64,000 bases of DNA from Phoronis australis. Taxonomy: Eukaryota; Animalia; Phoronida. The notes below the pieces were generated by a model that saw only the letters and a program-made list of their open reading frames with translations, searched no databases and was not told where the DNA came from. Position 1 is the stretch's first letter, and the number at the start of each line of letters is the position of its first letter. The translations under genes and the position numbers were made by a program. The stretch is from NCBI GenBank assembly GCA_002633005.1, contig NMRA01000231.1, forward strand, positions 438,082 to 502,081. The letters run 5' to 3'. Below are positions 40,441 through 54,776 of this stretch, piece after piece.

Positions 40441-42250
40441 GAAAACCAATCAATTGTTATTCTCAATGCTTGTAATAGTATCCCTACTAAAGTTACATTA
40501 TATTGAATGGTAGTCCTACCTTTGACGTCGTTCTCAATGAATTCATCCTAAGCAACGTTAGACAATTTTAATGTACCGTTTATCAATATTGCTGCTTCTG
40601 ATTTCCATACATGAATATGTACATTGTTTTTGTTTTTACATATTCACAATAACATTTATAAATATTGGGATACTTATATTAGATACTACTAAAATGTATA
40701 TACCTCTATGTAAATTAATTTCATTTATGAATTGTTTACAACCCAGATATAATGATTCGCGACTTTTGGGCTTGTCATCATTTCTTTGTATGTCTTGTGT
40801 ATTCTTCAATAAATATAAATCACTTAAAAAAGACAGGGTTATCATTTTTTTACTTTCAGAATTATCGTGTTTTTATAATGATAGTGATCATAATCAAAGT
40901 AAAAAAATGTGAAGAGTCATATTTACAGGTGTACAACAATTTATAAAAACAATTCTGTTTGATTTGAAATGAAATTACCTTCGCCAATACTTAGTTTAGT
41001 AATATTTTTATTAACTTTCGGTTTTCTAAGTTCCAAAATATCTTGATGGTTTCTCACCATGCTCTACCCATTTTTGCACGAGAAAGCATAAAATGTCTTT
41101 TCAGTTGGTCTATAATTTCCTACTTCTCTATTGGCCGGTTAATAGGTTTATCTAGCAAGTAAAGGGGTTTGGTCCTGTTTTGATAAAGTAAATAATTAAT
41201 ACGGCTTATTTGTCTTCTAAAATTCTTGATAAAACTCTTACTGTCAGTAAATTTTCTTTTACAAAAATGATCTTATATTTTCAGCAACAGGACCACGAAA
41301 AATAATGAGTCTCCAATTGCAAATTGCTTTTCATTTTGAGGAATTTTATATAGGTTCTCTGTTATACGGAAATGCTGCATATTAGCTCGAAACTTCTCGT
41401 GTAATTACTGTCATCGAGAAGAGAACTTCTGAAAAGCCAGAGATTCCGTCCGCTGAAAAATTCTGTAATACGAAAAGAAAGTCTAATATTGCAATGGTCA
41501 TTCCTGTATCCAAAATCAATTCTGGATGATTCCAATAAATTACTCAATTTTTGTGAAACAAAAATGAAATCCAATCGTGCTTCTTTATCGGTTTAACTCT
41601 ATTCCAAGCAATTTGCTTTGCAGTTTGATGAGCAAGACGCCACGGATCAATCGAATTACATGTGGAACAAATTAATATTTTTTCTCCCTTTAGGGTTGTT
41701 TAGGTGGCTACAGTTACAATAGTTCAATCAAAACCTTGGACCAAATTCCAGTCGACACACAGTATTGTAAACTCTGAATCCAAGTCTAATAAAACATCTG
41801 AATTATATGTCTACAAGTTTGGATCATCCATATTTAGTCCATAAATATTGATAACCGTGACACTAATATACTTTTCCAAACTAAAATTAACAAGCAAAAA
41901 AGTTCCTTCGTGATCATGACGTGTTGATTTAATTTCAACATCAAAGTTATTTTTTTTATCTAAACATCATTCAACAAAGAATGGACTCACCGGAGACAGC
42001 CCAAGAGTTGTTATCTCTGCGGCGAAAGATGTTAAAGTTGAGTCCCGGTGAGTTGCCAGCAGTCACTGGTACGGTGCGCGGCTTTAGACGCTCTGCGGCT
42101 GGGTTAAAGATGTTTTATAGGCCTAACTATCCCCAATTCCCGTACCAGTATGAATTTCAAAAAATAACTTGACTTGGCTGCGTCAGATGTGATATGCGAC
42201 GTTGATGTTGAAATTGCGCCATATTTTTTATGTTGATTTCCTTTGTTGGT

Positions 42251-42712
42251 TTATAATTCATATATTGCAATGTAGGCATCCTGGGGAGGCTTGGATGTAC
42301 TTGTGACTGTAGAGTCGTCAAAATTTATCCATTCCCATGCTGACGATTTAACACAGCATGTATAATGACCACCCGTCGTCTTTCTTCCATGGTGTTCAAT
42401 GACTGCTTTTATTTTGTAGCCGGAGAGGTCATACGAGGAAATCTTTGTGTTGATTTTTTCACCATTAGTCGCGGTACGTAAGATATGAATACAAAGGTAT
42501 TTTGGCGGTTTTACTAATGACCATGTGAGCTGGCCACTGAGACTATTACAGTTTGGGCAACTAAAGTCCTCGATGTCCAATGACGTCCACAAGCTGTGCC
42601 ACAACTCCTGCATAGTTATTTCTTTCCTTAGCGTTGGGAGGTAGACGGTCAACTCCCAGTCTATCTGTGTTTTTTCCTTTGTTGTTGTGCAGTTATTACA
42701 GCTCCTAGACAA
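42251..42712 (-). pseudogene. Ubiquitin-specific protease (peptidase C19) C-terminal half, intronless, 5'-truncated
   Basis: CxxC...CPNC zinc ribbon, PKYLCIHILR, His box AVIEHHG..TTGGHYTC, WINFDDSTV, AYIAIY; Cys box missing. Confidence 0.85.
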
Positions 42713-45373
42713 ATTCCCCTTGAATTAGTAGAACTACATGCACCATATCCCCACATTGCCCGATCAATGATTTCATCTGATTGTGTGAAATGTGTGCCTC
42801 CAGACAGGTCACAGACAAGTTTTTGTATATAATTCAATTAAATTCATCCCGAGGTTTCTTCTATATCGTGCAAACCCCTACAATTCACGAAATGTTGATG
42901 TCATCCACCATCGAATAGTAAGTTCGTGATACTACAACTGATCCCGGCAATCACACTCAGATTCACACCACACCACACATATAAGACAGTAAGTAGCCTT
43001 CGGAAGAATAGCATTGGCAAAGTCAATAGCCTACATTTACATGCAAATCAGGGTTCACAGTATCTGAAAAGATGAAGTGCCTGTGCTTCAGTCTTATCCT
43101 GACTTTAACGATAGACCGAGGTACGACGCTGGAGTCGAACCGACGTTGTTCACTGGCCAAGTGTATCAATATTTGCAGGTCCACACGTGAATGAAAACCA
43201 TGACATACTTTCGATTTAAAAAGGAAAAAAGCCATGTAAAATGAAGAAAACGCCGGACAACAAAAGTGAAGTAGCTGTTTCTGTTGAAAATCATAGGCTT
43301 TGTCCGTTATACTGACAGTTCCTAATCCTGTAAGGACGATGGTACATCGTAATGCACCTAGTGTTTCGACGTACTGAAAAGTATATCCGTCGATGTATAG
43401 CTTGTCCGTGAACACGCATGAGGTTTTTCATTGTGATGGGTCCTTGCATTTTTAGAATTGGTACAAGTCACTTTCTTCTCATTACCATATCCTTGGGGAA
43501 ATCATCATGTACGAAATGGTTAGTGCCTTTGAAATTTCATCGGTTTATTCATAGTAACAGTCGGTCTTCGTAATACGAGAACTTTACTATTGCATCTCTA
43601 GGTTTACCTTGGAAAGCCTGTCCTACCCTGTGAACTCTTTCAAAACTGACAGCTACACACTTGTAAATATATCTTGCAGTATCGCATTTGGTGTATCAAG
43701 ACAAAGTCCATCCGGGGCTTAGGGAACTCCACCAAAGCGCAGATCTGATCTTCTCGATTAAGTATAATATATCACACAAATGGGTCTTCATTCGGCGATT
43801 TTCCTCAGTAGGTTGTTTTATTTTTGTGCGCGTTGTCTTTAGACCAGGTTTTATTTTCCTCAGCATTGACACGTATGTTATCTATTGATGACTTGAGCTC
43901 ACCCACAGTGTCAGTTGTAACCGGTATCAAATCCAGTTGACGTCTGACAATAGTGAACCATGCCGGCTCCGACTGGGGAATAGTCGCTGAACATTTTCGG
44001 CCATTGTTGAATAATCAATTATAATGCTTCATTTGTGACGCCCCATTTCAACAAATATTATTAAAAGGCCGAAAAAATCATTCAATTTGCCGGCTACTTA
44101 ACCCGCTCTACTGGAGTAGAGTATTGATAATTTCAACAATACAGTGACGTATGATGAATTAGGTATTGCGCAATGTAGAAATTTCGGAATTTCAGCGACC
44201 TGCTGTAGTAGAGATGGCACCAATGGTCAGAACCACCTGACTAACTAAGTGCGTTGTGTGTCTGTCATTTAGCTGAATTAGATTAACACAGCTTTATCGA
44301 GAAGGGTTAGGACAACGTGGATGTGGAGTTTATAAAATACAGAACAGATATCATGAAGAATTTTACTGGTGCAAAGAATTAAATACCGAGAGAACTACGC
44401 TGCGTGGTGGTGACATTTAGCGATTTTCCAACTTAGAACCACTTTCACATCGCAAAATAGAATTATAACGCTGTCTCTTGGTTTCCTTTCTTGTACAAAT
44501 CAGTGTGATTTTTCTTTCATTTTATCTTAGACATTCGAGGTTCTGACTTAATAACCGAGTACCGAGTTAATTCTGGTTTCCAAAATTTAATAAGGTAGAT
44601 AAAAATCCGTATTTAGCGTATCGCAAGTCGTATGAGTGAATTACAAATTTTACAAAAATGTCGGTAAACTTAAAAAGCTCGGTATTGCTTGGCCGATCGC
44701 GGAAATTACCGAAAGCGTAATTGGGTCATTGGGCGGAGCTAAATCCTCAACAGAAGTAAAAGAGATACATGTACCACGGAGGAAAATGGTTGGTGAAAAC
44801 TCCCTAAAAGGATGCCTTCGGTTTCATTTCGATTCCTATAAAAGACTGTATTAAATTTTAGATTGTAAAGGAGGCATTTGTGAAAATAATTTTTTTCGGA
44901 ATATTTTGTTTTGAGGTTTACAGTTACGTTAATTATTCGACGTTCCTTGGTAGAGCAATTGATCAGACGGACGCATATTCACTGTTTTCGCGTTCAGGTA
45001 CCGGGCCACGTAAATAAAAAGCTGAAAACAGCGGAAGATCTTCTAACCCGAGATAATTCGGGTTTGACTCAGAGAAAAAAACTTGGTAACTGGTGTTGAG
45101 TCCCTGGAAATATCCATAAGTCCTCACTGCATTCCTAATCCTTTCGGTCCTTGTAACATGACAAATATTTGTTTTGAACGAAAACTTATTAATAACCCTA
45201 ACCCATCCTACTCCGTAAAATATACGGTAGTTTTTATAATAAACTGAAAAGACCACAGCAGATCGTGCCAGGCACTGCCGATCAAGGACTGGCTTATTCA
45301 CAGGACTATTGGACAGTTAAGTCAAAGTTAATTCTGCCCTAAAACAGTTTTTGTATTGTTACTTCACGGAATA

Positions 45374-46904
45374 TCAGGTGTCACAAAAAGAGCCTTTTTG
45401 ATAAATCATTTTTTAGGAAGTGAATAACCGAATTCGTTCAAATTTTACCCAATGTATCTTCAATTTGCCATCAACAAGTACATGTTGCATCTAAGAGAAA
45501 CACAAAAAAGAAGTACTGTGAAAATGAATACAGCAGAGCGAAAATGTAATATCAATGTTCATGCTTTGCAGGTATCTGCCAGTAAAAAACTGCTTGCCTG
45601 TGTGTCACGTTTTTTGATTTTTATTGCAAAATCTGAAACCAAATCAGTTGTATCCAATTTTACGACTTGCGAAGATGCCTTTGAGTGAAAGTGATCACTT
45701 TACTTTTGAAACATGTTTCGTGGAGAAAGAATCGCAAGGGGTTAACAGGAAAAGGGTGGGGTCGTGCAATGTATTAATAAAACATGCAACACATGGTCTG
45801 TTGCGCTTTAAAAAAGCGTGGGAAACCCAGAACTATAAGTTTGAGGATCGCGTGAGTGATTCAATCCCTGGAGAACAACCCGGGGAATAACAACTCTCTG
45901 AGAGAACTCGCAAGCGATTTACAAGTGAGCAGGCCTTTTGTGGAAGAAATGGCGAAAACACGTCTGGATCAAAAACCTTTCAAAAGAATGTTTGTATTAC
46001 GGAAAGATAAAAATTTTAGAAGGAAAAGAAAAAATCGATGCCGATACTTGCAAGACCGCTATTCAGCTACTGATGTAAGAAGAATCGTGTTCACTCGTCG
46101 GATGAAAAAAATTTACAATACTTATCATACTAAAATTCCCACAACGTATTTATGGGAAACAAAAACAAATTCTCACGTCTTTCACGAGACTTCCAGTTTT
46201 TTCAAAAAAAATGGTTTCCGTTGGAGTACGCTGGGAAGGAGATACAACTATTCATTTTAATGACACTGATAAAGCCAAAGTTAACAGTGAACGCTACATG
46301 TACATGCAATTATTGTATGAAAATCTTTTCCCTGATTGCAGGCGACTTTATCCTGGAAACAATTCCGTGTTTCCGCAAGACGGGGATCCATCACACACGA
46401 GCAAGATAACCCAAGATGATCTCAATGAGGCACACCAAACTTCGTCAAAAAGGACGAGTAGCCTCCTCTCAGTCCAACCTGCAATCAATGGACTATGCCA
46501 CATATGGCTCTCTGACATTAAAAGTTTACAAGTGAATGGGATATAGCTTGACTGACCAGGAGTTAAAAGACAGGATAATTATATTATGGGAGGAAATCTC
46601 TATCGGAAAAATACGGAAAAGCATTTCTGATTGGAAGAAACGACTCCGTTTAATCACGGAGTAATGTGGAGGCCACATTGAGGATAGATTGAAATAAGAG
46701 AGCTTCCCTTTAATTGATATTTTAATTCTTGACCTGATATTATATTTAAACAGTGCTTGCACAAATGGACACACATTTCTTGGGTAATTTGCAAAATTGT
46801 TGAAACTATCCTAAGGTTAATATGTACGAAATGTGAACTTATTCGGTATATATGTTGCTGACAAATTACTTGTCAAAGAGTGGCTCACTTTTCGTGACAC
46901 CCGA
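45374..46904 (+). mobile_element. Tc1/mariner DNA transposon, decayed
   Basis: TIRs TCAGGTGTCACAAAAAGAGCC / GGCTCACTTTTCGTGACACCCGA with TA flanks; frameshifted transposase (SLRELA, MVSVGV, FPQDGDPSH, CGGHIE). Confidence 0.9.
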
Positions 46905-47427
46905 TATATTTCGTGGCGCGAGCAAAGCTGTTGCGATGTTAATTGAGTGGGTGGAGTACCATCTGTACGTATTTTGTCGCAATTTATCTTTCAACAAGAC
47001 TGGGATAATTCTAAAAACAATGGATATTCATTAGTTGTTTTGAGCGTTGAAACTTTGAGGAATTTGGACGTTTTCCATAATACACCAAAAGTACTGCGTT
47101 AACTACACCATTACCAAGTCTTTGAAACTGAGGAATGCTACTTGGCTGTGCTTAATTAGTCTCAAAACCTTAAAAAAAGGGGTAAATATGAGGACAGACA
47201 GATTGACAGGCCTCATTAACAGCTCTGTTTACAAGAATAAGGGCAGATACTTGGAGATTTGGTCCCCACTTGGCCATGCAGTGAGAACATTTTGCAACTC
47301 AATCACGTTCTATTTATAAAAGGTCAGTAAATGAGTCGAAATGAAAGCATAGTATTTTCCTCCTTCTGGGTTCAGGAGACGACATATTTTATAATAATAC
47401 ACAGCTACTTGAAATTCAGTCACTCAC

Positions 47428-47796
47428 CTATGTTTGACAAGGCTCCAATTTCAGTATGGAGAAGGGTAGAGGTCATGCTCATTTCCTTAGAGGTCGCCTG
47501 CTCGCCAAGGTCCGAAAATTTTTCATCAAGTTTCTCTGCAAGTGCTTCAAGTTTTTTACCCTCCTCTCCACCGATCACTTGAGAAAGCTGCGACAGCTTT
47601 TGGCAGTTCTCTGTCATCTCACGTTTGATCGAAGCCACTTGTTTAGAGTGGTTTCCAGGTGACTTGGCCAACTCCTGGAGCTTTTTCTCTGACTCCCGGA
47701 AACTTGAAAGAGTTACAACGATTTCATCAGTTGGATTGCCATACTTTCCTTTCTTGGACACATCCTTGCCCAAGGTTTTCTTCTCCACCTTTTTAC
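47428..47796 (-). CDS. Internal exon (123 codons, phase 1-1) of the helical-repeat protein gene
   Basis: ttag|GT acceptor, G|gtgagt donor; LQELAKSPGNHSK...IGGEEGKKL. Confidence 0.88.
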
Positions 47797-48985
47797 CTAA
47801 GTTGATACAGATACCGTTAAAAATGTTTTGATAGCGATGGTGAAGATGAAGAGCAAGTGGGAAGACGCTATTTGAACATTTTTACATTAGTTTTCAAGTA
47901 AAACAACGACATTTCTTCAAGTCTGAATTTGGCAAAATATCGGGGAAAAAAAACTAAAGTTTTTTCCTGCCAATTCACACTTCATTTCTTTTACCAATTT
48001 CTACTACGTCTGCTGACTTTCCTAGCTGTTTTACCTAACCTGGTCATTCGCTCAGATATACAGTGTAGGGCTCGCAAAAATGGTACTATACGACGTTGAA
48101 GTGACTTTGCTTAAAACACAGTTTCTGTCACGAGCTACTGCGAAAAAATTACTTCCCTATAAACTTGAAATCGTCTTCACTCCACTCCCATAATGAGTTC
48201 AATGGCTCACTACTGACGAGAAATATCCTCACACAGTAGTCGATAAGCTCACCGACAGTGTTTGTCACTTTTGACTAGTTTAGATTTCTAGTAATGAGCT
48301 GTGTAAGTGGAATCAAATTTTATGGAGCGGTGAACGCCTGGAGAGCATTGTTTTGCCTCAAATATTTTACTACAGGCTTTATATCCTGTAATGATTAAAA
48401 CGCGGGTTCACTATCATTTTAATTAGCTTTCGACTATCCACACGAGATGTGAACACAATGTGTCATTCCGATACACCTCAGTGGTGCCAGTCAACCGTAA
48501 TGCCCAATTGGTTAGATGACGAGAGCTTATCATACAGGATTGTAAGTAATACAGAGTCGCAAAGTAACACGTTAAAAAGACATACAGAGATGTGTGTTGG
48601 GACTGGGTAAAAAGAAAATGTAGATACAGGTAAAACATCAACTCCAATAGATCCATTGAATTTTAATAATTGCTATATTTTAACACCGATACGATCTCCA
48701 AAAGAGGTAGAAGCAACCGTAAACAACTAAAATTGGCACTTTGGACCGCAGCAGTGGTCAGATTAGTCAGATAAAAAATAAAAATGCATTCCGAGCACAC
48801 TGAGCGTAAATGTGCAAGGTTATCATACACATACTTATAAAAAAGCTTACAAAAATACGAAGAATGTTCACGAAATGTCCGATGGAAAGCATAGATGCCA
48901 CTATAGGATCTACATGTACCTGCCTGATACAGTGAAGCTGCACTTTTCCCAAGTATGCAAAGCACCATAAAACTCAGTTACCCAC

Positions 48986-49342
48986 CTACTTCTGCCAAGT
49001 TGTCAATTTCTTCGTGTATCAATGTCGAAAGCTTTGCAATCTCCTGAGTGCTGGCATTTTCGTCAAACTTAAGCAATTTACTTTGCAATTTTGATGACAG
49101 CTCTTTAAGTTTCTTGCCCTCTTCACCGCCGATGGCTCTAGAAGTATCCTGCAATTCTTGGCATTTTGCTTGCATCTCTTCACCGATCTTGGCTATTTCT
49201 TTAGAATGGTCTCCGGGAATTTTAGCCAACTCTTGCAACTTTTTCTCATATTTCTGCAAAGCTTTCAGTGGAGCCGCTATAGCGTCAGATGACTCTTCTA
49301 CTCTCCCCTTCTTGTGCGCGCTTGTAGGGGAACATTTTATAC
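48986..49342 (-). CDS. Internal exon (119 codons, phase 1-1) of the helical-repeat protein gene
   Basis: aacag|GT acceptor, G|gtgggt donor; LQELAKIPGDHSK...IGGEEGKKL. Confidence 0.88.
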
Positions 49343-52020
49343 CTGTTTGAAAGACAATGCGTTAGTACAATGAAAATTACATGTGTGGTGTGAATATGAG
49401 AACATTCCGCTTCACAGCACACACAATTGTTTATTAATGGGTGTGCTCGTTTAGCTGCGGGTGTCTTCGCTCAGGTCACATATTACGGAGCCTCAGCTGT
49501 ACAATCAGCAACTGCGATTGATATTGAAGCACGCCATTTTCATTTTCACTCAATGCGTGAGTCTAACAGCATTAATGTACATATTTTGCGTTATTGGCAT
49601 AAACTCTTATCTAGTAATTGTATATTTATAGTTCCGAGAATTTGTATACACAGAAAGAGTCTTGTATTCTGCGTAGCGCCGATAAACAGTTTTCCTTCAT
49701 TCGAGGTATCCATTGTNTAGTTCCGAGTATTTGTATACACAGAAAGAGTCTTGTATTCTGCGTAGCGCCGATAAACAGTTTTCCTTCATTCGAAGTATCC
49801 ATTGTTAGAGCAAAGTAAATCGTCCCTTATTTACATTCCCGCAAAGGAAATAAACACAACAGACGCCGCTTCGTGTGTCTTCAGAAATATGGAGATGACT
49901 TCGTCTCATTAATAAAAATTAGTTGCAGAATGTCACGGAAGTTAAGCAAACGACTGGACATTTATCAGGGCAAACTTAAAAATAAAATTAAAATTAGAAA
50001 GATCTGCAGTTGCAGTAATCGATCGAAATGCGTTGATCGTCCCAATGCAATCGTTTTAATTGATTTAAACATGCGTGGACACAAACTAAAAATACCACGG
50101 GTGCAGCACTATTCCAGTTTGTTGATTGAATTCTTCAGAAAAGATTGACATGTCAACTTTAATTTAAAAACTGAAAGCCCAAAGTTTATATACATTTAAA
50201 TTGCAGGAGAAGCATGACCCTCTCCTGCAATTGCACTTCTTTGGAGCCCGAGTCCGTTACACGAAGTCATGAACTAGATTGTCTGACCATGATGATGTTA
50301 TTCGTGTATAATTTCACTTTAATTACCAAAAACGTTGTCATTGAATTTTAATTGAAGTTTCTTGTTTAATGGTGGAGAAATTTGCTGCATCATTTCAGTG
50401 CACGCGGCTATTATCAGTCATCAATTTCAAATTGATCACATAGCGTAACAATCTGTAAGGCTGAAGAAAGGCAACCTGGAAGAGGTGGAGCATTATGAGC
50501 GTTTAGAAACTCATCATCTGTCGGACATGTGCTTGTTAAGCGTTTGATGAACGAGGTCCATTTACTGAAAAAACAGGCTAAGATGTAAGAGTGGTCATTT
50601 CACTTTCTGGACGTGAAAACATGCTTACTACTGTAGGTAGCCTGAATCACTGGTCAAATATAACGCCCTGAATTGTAGAGAATCACATAAATCAACTGGA
50701 AAAACTGCCCATTAAAATACATGAACCAACGTATTTGGAACCCCCCGTTCCTGGCCCAAAATACCTCCAACAGAAAGTCGGCAGTAGGCCAAAAAGTCCT
50801 ATGCTCCAGTTACCACAAAATTCCATTGCCACATGAATATTGTCAGATCTCCTGCCGGTACCAAGGCACCATAATTTGATGGTCTGTCGGACAATCCGTA
50901 CTGAGATGGTGAACCCAGTCTCCCCAAAATGAAGCTGGACAGCTGTGGTAGTCACACATGTATTCTCATATGCCATCATCTGTAATAACTACGCTACTCG
51001 GTTGTTTTTCAATGCAAGAAGTGGATGACAACAAAATTTATAGATCTACCATAGACCCAGAGTGAATTAGCGGTTACGAATAAAGTTGCAACATGTTTCA
51101 TCAAACTCTTTACTCAAGGAAACAAATACCACATACAGCTGACTGAGCAGGAAATCATAGCGGTACCTAAGATTAGGTTGTAACTCAGAAGTAAGAATAA
51201 CACGCTCTGCCTGTAGAAGTACACCAGTACCTGATGTAACTGCTGTACCTAGTATTCAGTATATACCAAAGGTAGATTTTCGTGGTACTACTAAATAAAG
51301 TTGTTAAAAGACTTATAACTCTATAAATTTATACAGTATTTGAACTACATTTAATGCATAATTTTAACTTTCTTATACTTTTAATTGTTAGTTCATTGTA
51401 CTTTTATGTTATGTACATAAAATAAAATCCAGATGTCTTTTCAGAATCACCTACATGGTTGTATAAAACTTCAAAATTATCCGCTGGATATATTTGATCA
51501 CTGCATAACGTCAGGTACATTGTTCAACAATAACAACGCAATGCGTGATAATGCCACGTTGGTGTTGCTATGCGGCGTATAGCGTTCATGCAACTGTGCA
51601 CTGGACGCATCAGAAAAAAGTATCCTGATCCTACCGTGATTTGAACAGGGGATCCTCTTCATTTTGTACCAGCTCAATAGGCACAAGTCTCAAAATTAGT
51701 TGATGTACAGGCCACAGCCAACAATACGATTTTGGCCTAATACCTTGTATTTGTTTAAATTGTTGATTCGCCTGCTTCTTGTAATGTTACTCATGAAAAA
51801 TATCAGGTTTTCATCGAGAACTTGTCAGGTCGAAACTACTGAGATGACTCCGGAAACATCACGTGCGGTAAATAAAGGATTTGGGATGCAACACTCAATG
51901 AAGAAAAGGCGCAACTCTTGTATGATTATCAGGATTTTAGAAATAATGTATAAGCGTTTATATGTATATAAATATCGCAACTCTTGTATGGTTATCAGGA
52001 TTTTAGAAATAAGAGATAAG

Positions 52021-52082
<62 letters not shown>
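52021..52082. repeat. (TA)n(TG)n microsatellite, preceded by a ~37-bp direct duplication (51910/51975)
   Basis: Directly visible. Confidence 0.95.
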
Positions 52083-52083
<1 letters not shown>

Positions 52084-52419
52084 TTCACTTGTGATAAAAG
52101 ATATGTGACCTGTTTCTCGCTACATGAGCGCTTGAAATTTTCCTGAAGATCTCTCAGTTAATTTTCTGTACTTAAGATTTAAATTAGCCCTTAGTTCACC
52201 CATGATGAGTGCTGACGAAGCAATAAATAGGTATGCAAGCAAAGATAGGGCTTCCTTAAACGACAAAGCAAAAAACTGACTCAAACAATCCTTGACTTTC
52301 ATAAGGTGAACCTGCCCCTTTGTGAGACGTACTCAAATGATGGCATTGCTAGGCTCGAAAAAGCGCTGACTTCGCCTCAAGTTATAAAAACACTCCGTGA
52401 ACAACTGTTCCATGCCTGC

Positions 52420-52750
52420 TCTGGATGACATAAGAGTCGATCATCGACCAGAAAACAAATACATACACCAGCTGAATGACCAAATCGACAAATTATCAGT
52501 GAATCGTGACAATTTAGAGCAATTCTCGTGACGCAACAACATAGTTATCTATGGAATCGAAGAACCTGTTAATTAAAAACGTCGGGCTACTAATAATAGT
52601 GTGATTGACTTGGGGCGCAAACTGGGTCTCGAAGTTAACCCCCAGCAAATCAGTAGATGCCATAGACTCGGGCCTAAACTACGCAAACAATGAGCCGGTG
52701 ATTCGCGAAAACATCTTCTACGCAAACTGAACTTACAAAACCCGATTTTC
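52420..52750 (+). mobile_element. LINE ORF1 remnant (L1-like ORF1 domain as found in CR1/L2 elements)
   Basis: NLEQFS*RNNIVIYGIEE and QQISRCHRLG motifs. Confidence 0.65.
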
Positions 52751-54776
52751 ATTAATTCAATCACGAAACCACGGTATCTTCTCTACGCCCGCTGTCACAG
52801 CCTCATACAGATTCTCTATATATATTTTTCTCTGTGAAATAACACCAGCCCCACTTACTCCAGACCGCATTTATTTTTTTAAAACGCTCCCTTTTGGTTT
52901 CCATGGATACTTTTTGTTTCCAGCAAGTTTTGAGCCTGGCGGCCATTGAGTTTTAGTAAAACTTCGACATTAACGTTAAGCAGTGGAAATAAAGTTGAAA
53001 TAGTGAACCTGTTTAAGTGATCAGGTGATTATTTTATTGATGCAAAGATTTCGATGATAATGATTTGTTTTTTTAGAGCCGCATGAGATGAATAGATTTA
53101 GTCATTTTTGAAACTGTCAAGATTGGCTAAATTCGTATCCATATATCTCAGCTGGCACTAGTTTCATAACATCCAATTTATTTAGATACCTTAAATCTAC
53201 AAAAAATACAAAAAATCGTCTGGCGCTAATGGATTTCATGTCAGTTGAAGTCGACTGGTGGTTACGCATTTTCACCACATTGCGTAATGCCGACAAACGT
53301 CAACAAAAAGTGAACATTCGCTATTGGTTAACTGCGAATCAATTTACAATTATAATTTATAAAAAGGCATTTCTAGGTCCCAAGGAAACTTTCCTTTATT
53401 TCTGAAATTTATTCGTAGTAATGGAGTTAGGATACACGTACTTACTAGACAAACAACAGTAGATTTGACTATGCTCCTATTGCGCGGGACGACATTCAAA
53501 TATCAATGGTTTTGTAGAGCTCAGTTATTCTTCTTCGCACGGCTATAATAACAAAAACCGCCTAAAAAACATTTTCATAACATTTTCTTCCAAAATTGTG
53601 GTTGCCCCCTCCCCCGTCCCCTAATGCTGCTTTCGAAATCTTAAAGTGTTGTATGAACAATATCATTAATTTTTGGTTTTGTTGGTTGTTAACAAAGATA
53701 CTTACTGCGAGTTGGCTTTGGAATGTGTCTGAACAAACGTTTTTTTTTTGTGGAATCTTCAAATGGTTTTGAAGCAGGGGGTTGGAAGCGGAGGACAGTT
53801 TAAGGGTGACAGATTCAGTGGCAATTGCAAGGAATTTCAAAATCACTTTTGACCAGGTCTCCGTGGACGTTATACACTGCATGGCCGCCAATGTCCCAAT
53901 AGCTTCACCTGTTGGAGTGGTGCGGCTGGCTGGCGTTGTCATCTTGCTATCTGTACGCAGTTTGTTGTGACTGACACAGTCAGGTAAAAAATGGGAGATT
54001 CTCAAGTAGAAGTGGGGGGAGTGACCGAGTGGAACAGGCTACCATTGAGAAGATACTTCATCTGTGTAGTGTGGTGCACACAGGAATATATTTGATTAAG
54101 TGTGTGTGACTACACGTGAGAAGTTTATCAGGTGAAATTACGTACACGTCATCCAAAGGACAATGGTATCCTTTTCCAAGTTATCGGCTGTTACTTGACT
54201 ATGTGAATGCTTCCCGTTGGAAGCATGATTAGATTTTCATTCACTACAGAGGTCATGGGAAAAAGTGAGGATGGTAAATGCTGCTTTGAGTACCAAGTCC
54301 ATCAGTACCCGACAAGTATTGTATTGTAGCTCATATTTGTTCATGACTTCTGAGCAAACTCACAATATACAGCGATAAAAATTTGAAACAGCTACAGCTT
54401 GGATAGCAGATAAGACAGTTGATTATTTTGGTCTATAGATTGAAGTAATCTTTAAAGATGGCGTTAGTGTAGTTGCTCTTCTTTGTACTTGGTTACTTAA
54501 TTAACAACTTGTCAAATGGTGGTTATCATATTATAAATTAATAACTGGATTTAATTATTCTCACTCCTTCTGCGCAAAATCTCAAAGCATAGCTACCTTT
54601 TAAACAAACCCGCAGTCAATTTCTGACAACATGCAGAATGTCAAGCAGGCCAGCATAATCTCACGACCGATGCCATTGTAATGTGTTTATCCAATGAGTG
54701 GACAGAAGTATCTGTGATCGTGAAATATTAAATGGAATTGCGTATTGTACAAGAAAGGTATGAAAATGAGACTTAC

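Larger units (their letters stand above)
39200..44060 (-). mobile_element. Decayed L1/Tx1 LINE (ORF1, endonuclease, C-terminal Cys/His region) with nested inserts
   Basis: ORF1 remnants VHRVG/PRDAIVKFS (~43580-43640); endonuclease VNCRGL (~42880), NSRG, NIYG, ARLDFIFVSQ, NDH (41350-41950); C-terminal DLVHLYWSCA and NLVICLVKYHIY (39400-39700); A-rich 3' end. Confidence 0.8.

Noticed and set aside
41975-42075. SECIS element or hammerhead ribozyme
   Set aside because: No convincing RUGA/GA quartet with a paired helix II, and no CUGAUGA/GAAA core.
49629-49805. Near-perfect ~88-bp tandem duplication
   Set aside because: An N sits exactly at the junction (49717), so this is most likely a contig-overlap assembly artefact.
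50690-51700. Coding-like decayed sequence
   Set aside because: No motif could be assigned with confidence.
51700-52146. 148-aa ORF
   Set aside because: Runs through a short duplication and a TA/TG microsatellite; no protein signal.
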